A stretch of 63,515 nucleotides of DNA, filler included, from Perkinsus chesapeaki ATCC PRA-425 (lineage: Eukaryota > Protista > Perkinsozoa), in NCBI GenBank assembly GCA_013115145.1. It is 6 parts of 6 records of this genome, joined end to end, with 100 filler letters (N's around TTAATTAATTAA, not from the genome) between each part and the next. Parts side by side here need not be neighbours in the genome. Positions count along the whole stretch, not along the records: positions 1 to 30,725 come from JAAPAO010000433.1; 5 more parts are not named here. One strand, written 5' to 3'. Positions 1 through 11,915 of this stretch are shown here, piece after piece; within the stretch, counting starts at the first letter, position 1, and each line of letters begins with the position of its first letter. The position numbers were made by a program, and so were the translations under genes. The notes under the pieces were generated by a model. That model saw only the letters and a list, made by a program, of their open reading frames with translations. It did not search any database and had not been told where the DNA came from.

Positions 1-217
1 GATACAAACTGCGTCGCTAACTTGGTTAGGGAAGAGCAAGCTGACAAGACAATGCAAGGCCTAAGGTCTACAAGCATGTGCACGGCGGAGCGAAGCAGAC
101 GAATCGAAAAATTTCGTCGCGTCTTACTTGTGTTGAAAATATGAAAATATCTTGGCTCGAAGCATGCAAGATACTTAAAGGGTCAAGTCATACTACTAGC
201 ATTGTATTCCCTTAATA

Positions 218-2900
218 ATGTTAAGTACTACTGCTATTGCATCCAGTCGCCTTTCAATCCCTACCGCTCTCTCTGCTGCCAGATTACTGTCATCTTGCCA
301 GCCATCGAGTGTCCTGCCGTCTCGAGGTAGCCTACTATCTCATCGTTTTATATTGTAGATCATTTCAGGTACGGCACCCAACTTTACTGCAGCTCTAGCA
401 ACTCGGTTCCCCTACAAGGGAGTATCTTTTTTCTCGACGTCGACTTCTCCAGGTAAGATCCCAAAAAAATCGATTCCGTTCGAAATCGATTGAACGGAAG
501 TCCCTTCTTCAAAGTCGGTATACGATCACTCGCTGCTATATCTGTCGCCGGTCCTCCGGAACTCGGCTTCACCAATTTCCTTTTTGGATATTATTAGTAT
601 AAAATATGAAAATATAAATAATGAAGTGAAAAATACAGAAAATATAAAATATGAGTATTATACATATCTTGTATTTATGGTAAGGCTTACCAGGTAAGCA
701 TATCTATTAAAACCGAGGGATGCGGAAATCGATTGATCACCAGCATATGTATCCGATCATCATTCGTCTTTAAATTGCTCGACTTGCTCAGGTGAAAGTT
801 GTACAGCTGCGTCGGTTCCTGTTGGTCACGTCTCATCAACAGGGACGATACCGATAAGTTCACTTCCGGGCACCAAGAACGATAGCGCATACGCTCTGGT
901 ATTCACCTGCAAAAAGTGCGGTACCAGAAGCGCTAAGAAAATATCTAAGGTGAATCTAGGGTTGAAGCGTGCACTTGGGTGGTATTAGAGGTAATTCTTT
1001 CTTATATAATGTAGATGGATATAATAAATTATTTAAATTGATAAGGTCACGTTTTATTGAGATTAAGTTGAGACGCGTTCAACGAAAGGTGCTGAATAAT
1101 CCCTTTCCGTTGTTTTATTAACGTTATTGCGGCAATCGCTGCAACTAACAACTTTGACCCTAGAAGTATCTTACGCACTGTGAAGATTTCTTCCCCCTTT
1201 GTATTTTTCTCATCTCCGGGAGGATCTTACGCACTGTGAAGATTTCTTCCCCCTTTGTATTTCTATCATCTCCGGTAGTATCTTACGCACTGTGAAGATT
1301 TCTTCTCCCTTTGTATTATTATCATCTCCGGGAGTATATTACGCATTGTGAAAATTTTCTAATTCCTTTGTATTTCTATTATTTCCAGGAGAATCTTACG
1401 CACTGTGAAAGTTTTAGTATTTTCAGCTTTCCCATGAGTATCTTACGCACTGTGAAGGTTTTAGTATTTTCAGCTTTCCCATGAGTATCTTACGCACTGT
1501 GAAGGTTTTAGTATTTTCAGCTTTCCCATNNNNNNNNNNNNNNNNNNNNNNNNNNNNNNNNNNNNNNNNNNNNNNNNNNNNNNNNNNNNNNNNNNNNNNN
1601 NNNNNNNNNNNNNNNNNNNNNNNNNNNNAGGTTTTAGTATTTTCAGCTTTCCCATGAGTATCTTACGCACTGTGAAGGTTTTAGTATTTTCAGCTTTCCC
1701 AGAAGTATCTTACGCACTGTGAAGGTTCTAGTATTTTCAGCTGTCCCAGAAGTATCTTACGCACTGTGAAGGTTTTAGTATTTTCAGCTTTCCCATGAGT
1801 ATCTTACGCACTGTGAAGGTTTTTTGGTATTTCCAGCTTTCCCATGAGCATCTTACGCACTGTGGAGGTTTTTGTGTTTTCAGCATTCCTATCATAACGG
1901 CATTGTAATCGTTCGCTGTCCCGGATGCGAGAAACTTCATTTGATTGCGGACCATTTTTGCTGGTTTGGAGGTGAGTGTTGATGGAGGAGGAATTCACGA
2001 CCAACGTGTGAGGTGATGTCGGATGATAGGAAATTGTTAACTATCTATCGTATCGCTAGTACCATATTTCCTGGAAATATTTTACTAGTTATACGGAGGA
2101 GGAGATATAATAGATGTTACGAGTGCGGAAACATCAATTGCATTTCTATGGCTTTTGTCGTCTCTGCATTTATGCCTGCCAGATGAACCACAGACCATCG
2201 AGGACATCCTCCGCGAGAAAGGAGAGACTGTCACGAAAGGCACGGTCGACGAGGCGCCCAAGGCTGACCAGGCGGTTGTAGCTGGCGCGATTGCGGATGC
2301 TGTCAAAGACACGGGGGATATGGAACTGCAGGAAGGCGAGGTGAGTTTGGGCAGTGAATTTGTTATTATTTGTTGTGAACTTTTAACAAGTTGTATTTTT
2401 GTAATTCTCATCAGACTTGCAATGATGATTTTTCTTGAGATGGCAAGCTCTCACAAATATAGATTACGATAGAAGTTGTTTCCGCGATTTCCTTTTATCT
2501 GGATTCTCTAGCAGTGCAAAGTACGTTGCCAGTGGAAGAGTCCCTCAGCATTTGATCGCTTCAACAACTCGCTTGGTTGTTTCGTGATAGACATAGACTT
2601 CCGGAGCATGTTGCTGAATCGACGTGCCTTCGCGACGAGGTTGCGCGTGGAGTTGTGGATTTTTTTGGAAACCAGCGTCAAGCGGCTCGCTGGAGGGAGC
2701 CTGTGGTCGTCGAGAATTGAACAAATACCATAGTGACCGGGCGTCAGCATGCGAAAGGCTTACTGAGGACAATCTATAATCGATCATAATGTATTCAGGT
2801 TTTACCAGACATCCAAATTGAAGGCCTAGATGAGGAAAGTGTGAAGAAATTGCAGTTCGAGATTCTCAGAAGGCAGCGGAGTAAAGAGCAAGATGCGTGA
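218..2900 (+). CDS. DNLZ: Mitochondrial DNL-type zinc finger protein (Hep1/Zim17/Tim15, mtHsp70 escort)
   Basis: Hand-spliced join(218..326,369..452,792..949,1884..1971,2183..2340,2799..2900) = 699 nt, all GT-AG, open frame. Presequence-like N-terminus MLSTTAIASSRLS; zf-DNL motifs YALVFTCKKCGTRSAKKISK / HSYHNGIVIVRCPGCEKLHLIADHFCWFGDEPQTIEDILREKGE. Confidence 0.93.
1163..1893 (+). repeat. Intronic tandem minisatellite, core ATCTTACGCACTGTGAA; 56-57 bp units then 47 bp units; spans an N gap
   Basis: Core starts at 1168, 1224, 1280, 1336, 1393 (period 56-57), then 1440, 1487 and onward (period 47); N gap 1530-1628. Lies in DNLZ intron 950-1883. Confidence 0.95.
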
Positions 2901-3337
2901 TCGACGCATTCATTGCTCAAGCTGTCTATAAACCCGATTGAGTTTTATTGTGTTTACGTAGTATTTCCTAGGAGAATCTTATGTTGATGCATGCATGTTG
3001 AGTTTGGGTGTCCCCGAATGGTTTTTCCGTCAGGGAGCCCTTGAGGGTCATCTCACCAGAAGGGATCTGCTTGGTGTTTCTCTTTGCCCTAGGAAGTTCG
3101 TAGGCTCTGAAATATGTTTATGGGTGTATATTTCCGAGAAGAAATGCGCGCTAGGGATTTTTTGCTAACCACTGGGAAGACATTTTCGTGCGGCAAAAAG
3201 GAGACAACGCACACAAAGACTAGTTATCCAACTCTCACTATTACTCTTTAATCATAGTATTCACTCTCTTAACTAGGGTTATGCTTTTCAGCTCTCAGAC
3301 TTAATCTGTTCCAGTTGTTTCTCTATCTCTTTCTCCC

Positions 3338-6011
3338 ATGCTGTCTTGTGCGTCATCCTGCTCCTATCGCGCTATAGGATCCATGACAGCTTTGAGACCG
3401 GCTTTAACTGGATCTCTACGTTATTGTTCGACGGCATCAAAATGTAATATGAGCGAGTGAGGGATCCGTCTAATTTGTAGTCCTTATACGCCATTTCGGC
3501 TATATCAGATAATTTTTGACAATTGGGCTGAATCAGTGGTGGCTTCAGAAACGGGCGTCGAGAAAGCCTTCCGCAGCAGTTGGGTGAGCCACTAGCCCTC
3601 GAGTGTTCTTGTACAAGGTTTCTGTCAATCCTCAATAGAAATGAATTAGATACAGACTGGTCAAAGAATTGTCCGGCGCCGATCTGAATGAGATATCGAT
3701 CGAATATCAGGATGACATTGGTATCACCGATCAGAATTTTGTAGCTCTTTCCAGGGGTATAAGATTGACCTCCGCACGAGCTCTAAACCCTGACAAATTC
3801 GAGTCTTAGAAAATTTTCGGCGGCCCAACGTAAATTATCCTTAATCTCGCATTTCCCTGGAACCTGATCGAATTTGACCTGTCTGTCTTCTTTAGAAATT
3901 TTTATGATCTTTCCGCATTAGGGACAACTCTTAACCGTCGAGAAGCCGGTAGTAGTTGCTAGTGTTGATCAGGTCTTCAGACTGTTAATATCAATCGCAA
4001 AGCTTGGACCGGTACTGTCCCTCTCACGGTTCTCCCTGGTACTCTTAAAGAGGCCTCCTATAATATACTCTATAAATGCCACGAGTGCGATACTCATGGA
4101 GCTTGGCAGGTTTCTAAGGTGATAAGGGGATGGATCTAGAGTAGTCTAATGTTCAGTAATAATAATTAACTCGTTAATATTCATAATAGTGGATAATTCG
4201 GTATAATATTCAGAGGAAGATCGAACCGTAAGATGCAGGCTCAGAGTTGTGAATATGTCCTAGACTACAGTGTGTGCAAAATGTCAGCGTCCCGCCTTTA
4301 GAAAAATTCGGGAAAATTGTAGGCCTCCACGAGGGCTTTCGACTGGTATGTACGACATGGTGAAAATCATTCGCGACGATTTTGGCAAAGCTCTTTAATT
4401 TCACGCAGCCTGTGCTGGTGTCAGATGATTTCCTGGGTTTCTTTCTTAAATTCCCGAGTTCAGCGAGTCTCTAGTCTGTCGTTGCTGTATGCGACATTCT
4501 TTCAGTCTGTTTTGATAATCCTGTTGATCAGTCTCATTGTGTCCGAGTAATAATGCTTAGTAGTGCTCCGATGGGTCCAAATTATTGCACATACGAATGT
4601 AATCGCGAGCGGGCAATTATACTCATTTTCAGCGTGGAGGTCTATTTGAAATTAAATATCACCTCGAACCTTGTGAAAATTATTCGTTTATTGGAGGTGT
4701 GTATAGTTCAGTTGAGTGCTACTTATAATAACTGCTGTTGGTTGCTATTACTTTAGCACGTATTTCACAATGGGCTGATAGCTGTACGCTGTCCAGGCTG
4801 TAATCAGCTCCATTTAATCTCTGATACTCTGGGATGCTTTTCTGGTGAGCAAGTGGGAGGCTTATTTCTTACATCTCTCGTGGATATGGTTAACAGGACT
4901 GGGAAAACACTCGTCTTGATTCCGTGTTCGGGAGGGAAATTATATCGCTCGGAAACTTTGTTGGTTCGCGATTGGCATTGCGAGCGGCGCCCGATCAAGT
5001 TAGCGCTCGCCTGTGGTGCCGCCGAGACGCGACGAGTTGGGGAGGGCTAACTCCTGTTCATTGTTCTTGTGTATCGTCTCTGTAGTAAAATAGGAAACTT
5101 TAAGGTGTAGTTAAGCGAGGGATTCATGTGGCATTCTCGGAGATGAAAAATTGTCCCTAAAGCAAAAGGAACGATGAAAGGCATTTCTTTGAGGAGATGT
5201 TCAGTGAACCTTCGGCTTATTGTTCGTTACCTATATCAATGGAACTATGAGTGTATGTTTTTGCTCATATGAGCTGGGGGGAATATCGTGGGGGATGTAA
5301 GAATAGAATTATTAAAGCCGTTATCGCTTCGTAAGTACCCTTAGTGTGATCGACGGCTCAGGTATCCCGCAGAGTGACGAGGCTCGTTTTCAAGAGAAAT
5401 TGATGGACCTGATCAAAAACAGTGCTCAATTTTACTCTGAGATTTCTGTTGAGGATAAGGTGCTAAAGGGGATCGGAAGACGCCAAAATACATTTCCGGG
5501 GAAGCTTTGGATTGTTTGTGCGCAACGCAAGATGACAATATCGTCTCTTTCTAAGGCTGGGTTATGAAGGTGGATTCTTTGATGGCATTTTTACAACCGC
5601 CATAGAGCTGTCTTTCTTTTCCACGCTTCCCACTTCATGTATAGTTGTGGTTTGAATATTGTGTAATCATCGCAACGGGGGTAGAAATATTCAGCCCTAT
5701 TATTGAAGAATTTTTCCGGTGGCACTTTTGAGGATGTCCTCTTCTTCAACAGAAGGGAAGTTATTTAGTAGCTCGAAATTAATAAAGGTCATTACTTAGC
5801 AACTAGTATTGCTAATAATAATAAAATTGTGTTAGTATCTCAAAACACGGTGCCGATTTCTGAGTAGTTAAAGGAATAAAAAAGTTTCTGAAGGGTTTGA
5901 AAATTATCTGTTTCTCCTTTGTAGGACCTTCCGTGTGTCCAAGTGGAAGGGTTGGATGAAGAGTCCAGCCGTAAGCTCCAACTTAGACTTGTAAATGAAA
6001 TTCACAAATAA
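3338..6011 (+). CDS. Divergent tandem paralog of the DNL zinc-finger gene
   Basis: Model join(3338..3443,3973..4118,4757..4923,5345..5459,5925..6011) = 621 nt, open. MLSCASS presequence-like start; TGTVPLTVLPGTLKEASYNILYKCHECDTHGAWQVSK / HVFHNGLIAVRCPGCNQLHLISDTL / DLPCVQVEGLDEESSRKLQ align with the upstream copy, with several shared intron positions. The 4923 donor is uncertain. Confidence 0.8.
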
Positions 6012-7782
6012 AGAGCAGGGATGCTCACAGAACTGTATGTAATAGACTGACTGTCTACTTGTATATAGTTTACCTCATATCGAAGATTATTTCATGATAG
6101 CATATTATTGTCTTTTTTGGTTAAATGGAGTGGGGGGGTTGCATTATGAAGAGGCGGTTGTTGTGGATGATATGCGGGAAAAATCACGTTGATAATATCT
6201 AGTTGAGCTGTTTTTTTCGTGAAAAGAGCTCACTTTCTCAACTGAGGCAGAACGGAATGCTGAGTTTTGGCTAGGAAATAAATTTTCGGAGGGAAATTTG
6301 TGTTGGAGGAATGGGCTGCGAGAGATGTGGTTGTGATGGCGGTGAACCCAACCAGGTGACTGTGATAGATGCCCCCAGAGAGAATGAATTTTATATGCTT
6401 CTATTGAAATTAAATCGATTAGATTTAGTATATATTAAAATAAAGAAATACGCTTTTGAGGGTTAGTTTTCCATTATATCTGCGCATTACGAACACAAAG
6501 AGATGGGCCTTTGACCACCTGAATGCCACTGAGGGCCATCGGGGGAGTCTACGGAATGCTTCATGGACCTTGGCTGTCATGAAACCGCTGGAAGATATTT
6601 ATCTAAAATCTTTAGCGTGCGCAGGCAGGAGGTGGATTCTCACACTGGCATGTGCAAAGTGGGCAAGTAGAATGACAAATTAGCCAAGATTCTTTCGGCA
6701 TGCAGCATTGACTTTCTGTTCGCAGTAGTTACAGATTTGTCAGTTTCGTAGGAGTCATATTTCCAGTCACGCGCCACGAAAATGTGTTGAATGTAGTAAC
6801 TAAACGTTGTTGGTCTTGTCCCTCATGTCTTCATCGCTTGAAGCATATTCAATTGGAACTGAGCTGAGGTCAATGCTCAGTCAGGTAGTTTGGGGGGTCT
6901 TCCGCGGCTTGGGTTCTTGTACTTATTATGGGGTAAGGTATCCTAGACTTCTAGCTCTCAGTCTCAACTTGAGCTGTCCCAGCCTCTTGTGATCCATCCC
7001 ATCTACTGTTTATTACGCGGATACCGCTGATGAGGATATGACCAGTTCCGCTTTGGTTGTCGGAAATCGCTGGCGATGTTTTCGAAGTTGCCGTTGTTTT
7101 ATTTAGAGTGCTATCGTGTCTGCTAGGGAGCGTAGGTACTGATTGGAATTGTTTAATAAGAAATACAGTAAAGTAGATTGGAAATAAGCATCAATTTCGT
7201 GGAGTGTGGATTCGCCACTGCCGATTCTGTCAGGTTGCCTCGATGATAGCCTGGATACTTAGAATTATCCTCCCGCTGCTTTTAACTTCATTATATATAC
7301 GGGTAGGATGGGGAATGGGAATTAACCGCACGAGTTAAGCAGAAAAGGAAAATCAAGTTGATTTCACAGAAGTATACGATAGTTCAGCAATATAAGCGGT
7401 AGCGGCGTTACTCTTTAGTTGTTGAAAAAAGTTGAGAAAATTATGTTTACCATTTAGAAAATGGTTAAAAATAGTTTTTATGAACCAGACTGAACATGAG
7501 TATAAGCAAATAGATTTATAGCCAATAACCCGATAACACTATTAAGTAACGCAAAATAAACCAATAACAGATTATCAAAACTATACTAGAATAAACGGCC
7601 AGTTATCAGAACCAAATGCTTCTGCATTAAGCATCACTTTTATAATTCTATAGTAAAACTGGCTATAGACTGTACTAGCGTTTTAGCTGCAACAGAAAAG
7701 AGGAGACAAGTGGACAAATAAAACACCACAAAGTCGAACTTAACTTCGATCATTTGATCAGTTTACAAAGAGTATAACTGAA

Positions 7783-10700
7783 ATGGGCGACAACGATGAG
7801 CGGCCGAGTAAAGCGACGGTTGAGCCGATCCGAATTGAAACTAATGAAATAATTGAAACTAAGGTAGGCTCGGGAGGGCGACGGACTGGCGACGTCCGAA
7901 GATCTCTCGCCGTTGTAATTGTATTATTATCGATACTATTGTTATATATAATATTATTATATACAGTATTATTAATTAATTTACTAAATATATATTAATG
8001 ATTGTATTGTTATTATTGTATTGTGATCTCTTTGTTCGTACTGTAATAGAGGATGCGTGTCTCATTGACACACATCTCCATGTCTGTTGTCATTCCCCCA
8101 ACCCATATAGGGAGGTTGGATTTCGATACCGTCCTACGAGTATTATGGGTAAAATGATTAGTATTAGCTAGGAAGTTACGTAGCGCCACAGATCACTACG
8201 TACATATTGGTAGTAAGTAAGACTTTCGGTATACATTAGAGGACGACCAAGTGATGATGTACCCGTTCGGAAGGTCAGTGAGAAATCTCTATGAGAAATG
8301 TGACCAGGTATTTCTGAAATCGGGACTCGTTATCTGTGAAAGATCTATTGTTGAGGTATCTGCCGTTGAGGTCTGTTATTTCATTTACTATATCGCGGAG
8401 GACATTGCATTTGGGGAAATATCAATTATTAACGGGAATTTTTTCAGTTCAATTTCCTTTCCTTACAAGTATATGCGGGCGGTAAAATGACTATTTTCCT
8501 GTCGTATCAGATAGAAAAAAAGGACCAAATCGATTCCGACGTCGAGGAAGTTGCCGATGAGGACAACCCGTCCGATTACGACGGTGATTCCGAAGGTTCT
8601 GAATCCGGCGAGGATGCAAGCGATACGCCAGAGCAAGCAGAGGAACTGGATTTGGATTTGTTCGCTGGAAACGCTGTCCTTGAAACCGAAGTTGAAAGTG
8701 AGGAAGAGCTATTGAGGAGATTGTGTGAGAGCGAGAGCGAAGATGACGATGAGCGGAGCGAAGTGAGTTTTGCTTGACGCTTTTGCGATTATTGTGACCG
8801 ACGGAATTTGCTTATATCATGTGAATCTACTGAAAATTGATCATTTATGTTATTTAATATTTCTCTTAGCCTTTCAAATCTTGCAATCTTGCGATATCTT
8901 GCTTTTTCTCAAAAATTCTGTGCTTGAATCAGCAATACCTTCGTGCTTCATTCGCGCTTGCTCTACACGATATGTTTAACCCCTCTGACTCCGAAATGAT
9001 AAGAAATCGCTTCTCCGCCGTGTGGCACGTGGAGGCTCCCGGTAGTATCACATTCGTTCAGGTGGAGGTACCTAGTCCGGCAGCGTCGAGTCCACTGGCA
9101 CATGATACGTTTGATAGAAATAATATTTGGAAATTTGACGGTGACAGTCCGACGACCACGCCGTGTCTGGCTGGGGATTGGGGGATGTCGAGTGCCGATC
9201 TACCAGGTGGGGGTATTGATTGGTCTAGGGAATCATTGCATCTTGGGGAAATGTGCTACTAGTGATAAGGGGAAGATATAATAATTTATTATATATCCTC
9301 CGTATCACTAGTATTTATTATTAATAGAATACTTTATCAATTAAATAGAAAGTCTAATAAGCCTAAAATCATTGTCTGTTTTATTGAACCTCTCCTCAGG
9401 TGCTAGCGGTTCCTCTTATCTCGGTACTTCTCTCGATGAGGTGCTCGAGTTTAATCAGAAATGTAAGTTCGTCAAATATATTTCAAGTCTTCATTAGTTC
9501 TATAAAGCGTGTTCAAATTTGTTATGCAAATTATCGTTTCAAATTTTAAAGTTAAATTAATTTAAATTTAATGTTAAATTTTAGTTGTCTCTCACCGTAG
9601 AGTGGCCTGCGGAAATTGGGCCGTCCAATTTGGACGGTATATGTATTCTCACTAGGGGAAATCGATGAGATATCGATCGACCGTTTCACGGGTCGTTTTC
9701 GTTGTTTTATTTGGAGTATTGACTGTGTAGAATAATTCGAATCTGATCTACTCACTCGTCAGCTCCTCTTACTTCTCAGGTGAGGCGAGTCAGGGAGGCT
9801 GCACCGAGCCATTTGAGAAGCCAGCAGACGGAGGAGAGCAACTGGAGGGTAAATTAGTGTTTTGTCAAATTGGATTTTCTTCGCAGAAACGCGGAGAACC
9901 GATAAAGAGGAAATGAACCCAGATTCGGCAGAGGCGAAAAATGACGCTGCTCGGCGAGCGTTGGAGTTGGCGATTGAGAGATACCCGGGCGGGGTAGGTC
10001 TCGGAAACTTGTGACATTTGTATTTGGGTGGTCAGGCGGCCTATGTTGCCCAGCAACTACTGCAGAACTTGACAAACGATCGAGTTCTGATTCAAGCAGC
10101 AACGTGAGATTCTACGGCGAGCTTGCGGGTAGGTGCTGGATAGATACAACTTGATGATTCGGGCTGCGGAAGCTTCGGGGCATCATGGGTTCGCCACTCT
10201 TCTTTATAACAATGCTGGAAGTAAGAGGGCACATACGGTTGGCTTGGTGACTTTAGTGTTATAGGAGTTGTAGAAGAGAGCAGCTCCGTCAATCCGCCGG
10301 CTCAGATTGGACAGCAATCAATGCGGATGATGGAAATGAGGAGCGACCCTATTAGAGTAGCGCGATGAACTCCACACTGCTCTTGTGGGAGAAGTTTCAT
10401 ATTTATTGTCGAGGAACACGGAGTCTTTCTGGACTAGGAAAATTTTCATGAATCAGCGACATTTTTCGATGAGCATATTTCTGTGAGGCTAGAGTAGTCC
10501 CTGACCGTCATCGGCTATCGGCCGGTTGTATAGAGGAGATCATAAGAAGATATTATTCATTTATTCTTCTCGCAGTTGTATCCAGTAGTATCATCGTCCA
10601 ACCTGCCAGGGCGAGGAAGTCACCTGGCTCCTATGACCAGGTGAGAGGCGGCTCTGTAATGCCGCCTAATTTCTGAGCTCAGATCTCTGGATGCTGTATC

Positions 10701-11110
10701 CCAGCACAATAGAACAATGCAGCTCGCGGCGGCCGCAGCAGCCTACCGGTCTCAGCAGCAGGTGGCAAGTTAGTTTTTTGTCTTGTTAATTTTTTCTTTA
10801 GTACTTCAACTTGGCCCAAATGGCAGCGTACTTGCCGAGCGCCGATTATGTGAGAAACTGAGAGTATTTTTCATACTGACAGGCTTCTCCCGATCAGGCT
10901 CAGTTGTATGGTAGTCAGCATAGTAGTGCAATTGCAGCACTCGAGCTGATGTACCTCCGACAGCAACAGCAACAAAGGCTTATTATGGCGCACGCGACCA
11001 GAGTGGCCGAGAAGGAGGCCAAAGAGGATCAGAAGGAACAGTCCAGTTCGGCAGTGAGGATGGTTTTAATGCTCGGAGGCGCGAGTTCCAACCTTGGTTC
11101 AGGTTCCTGA
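7783..11110 (+). CDS. Hypothetical multi-exon protein, acidic N-terminal region, Q/A-rich C-terminal region
   Basis: Series of open segments bounded by GT/AG (MGDNDERPSK; IEKKDQIDSDVEEVADEDNPSDY; ETRRTDKEEMNPD; LYGSQHSSAIAALELMYLRQQQQQ). No family recognised; exon chain not fully resolved. Confidence 0.5.
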
Positions 11111-11915
11111 GAAGAACTCGACATAATAAAATAAATAAATATGATTGATGTCCTCCCTTTCCATGTGTTGTAGCTGTTTTGATGTGCTCATTTGATTATT
11201 ACATAACTTATCTCCTGGACATGTTCGATGTGCCCTTTACTCTGTGAATGAAGGAATTGTGTTGTTATAAGTCGATAAATGGTAAGAATGTACATATTTA
11301 TGGAGTAATATCGGAAGAACAAATAGAGTTGCAGTTCGCAATCTTGGAAGATCTGTTGGCCTTCCTTGGTTAAGCTCTAAAATCTTCTCGCCGAAACACC
11401 TTAGGGACACACTCTTTACTAGAGGGCTCTGGATCCAAAATTATACCAGAATTCGTGAAATTTTTTCTTTCCTAGCCAGTGTATGTGACCCCCAGTAGTC
11501 AGCCACGCGCTGACGTCTATCACTCACTGCAACTGTGGAGGGCGACTGTTAGCATAGAGGGCCTAGGCGGCATGTCCGTCAAATTTCGAAGACTCCCGTT
11601 CTGACGATTCGGGCATTTAGCGCTACGCTAGCGCGGATAGCATCATTTCTTAGCCTTCACAGGACTGGCGGAGATAGATCTTCTCGGACAACTACAGCCC
11701 ATTTTGTGGAGTTAGTGGGTGCAAAAGTCGACTGAGCATTCCCGAGGTCTTAATTCCCGCAAAAGTTTCCATGTTTTTCAACGAGGCCTTCGATATCATT
11801 GTAATGTTCCATCGAATACATCTATATATTATTTCGAGTCAATAAGATGACGGTGTCTTCAGGACAACATGAGGCGCAACGAGGAGACTTTCTCTGAAGA
11901 AATTCTTACGTCAAA

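Noticed and set aside
1163-1893. CRISPR-like look of the conserved core with variable tails
   Set aside because: Tails are homologous to each other rather than unique spacers, the array is in a spliceosomal intron, and no cas genes are present.
3457-3970. Coding-looking frames with in-frame TGAs, suggesting genome-wide UGA=Trp
   Set aside because: A clean model splices 3443 to 3973 and leaves this as intron; intact genes have long stop-free ORFs using TGG, and some end in TGA.
4210-4400. CAKC-containing frame (TTVCAKCQRPAF) with an in-frame TAG
   Set aside because: Falls inside intron 4119-4756 of the DNLZ paralog; no supportable splice model or family.
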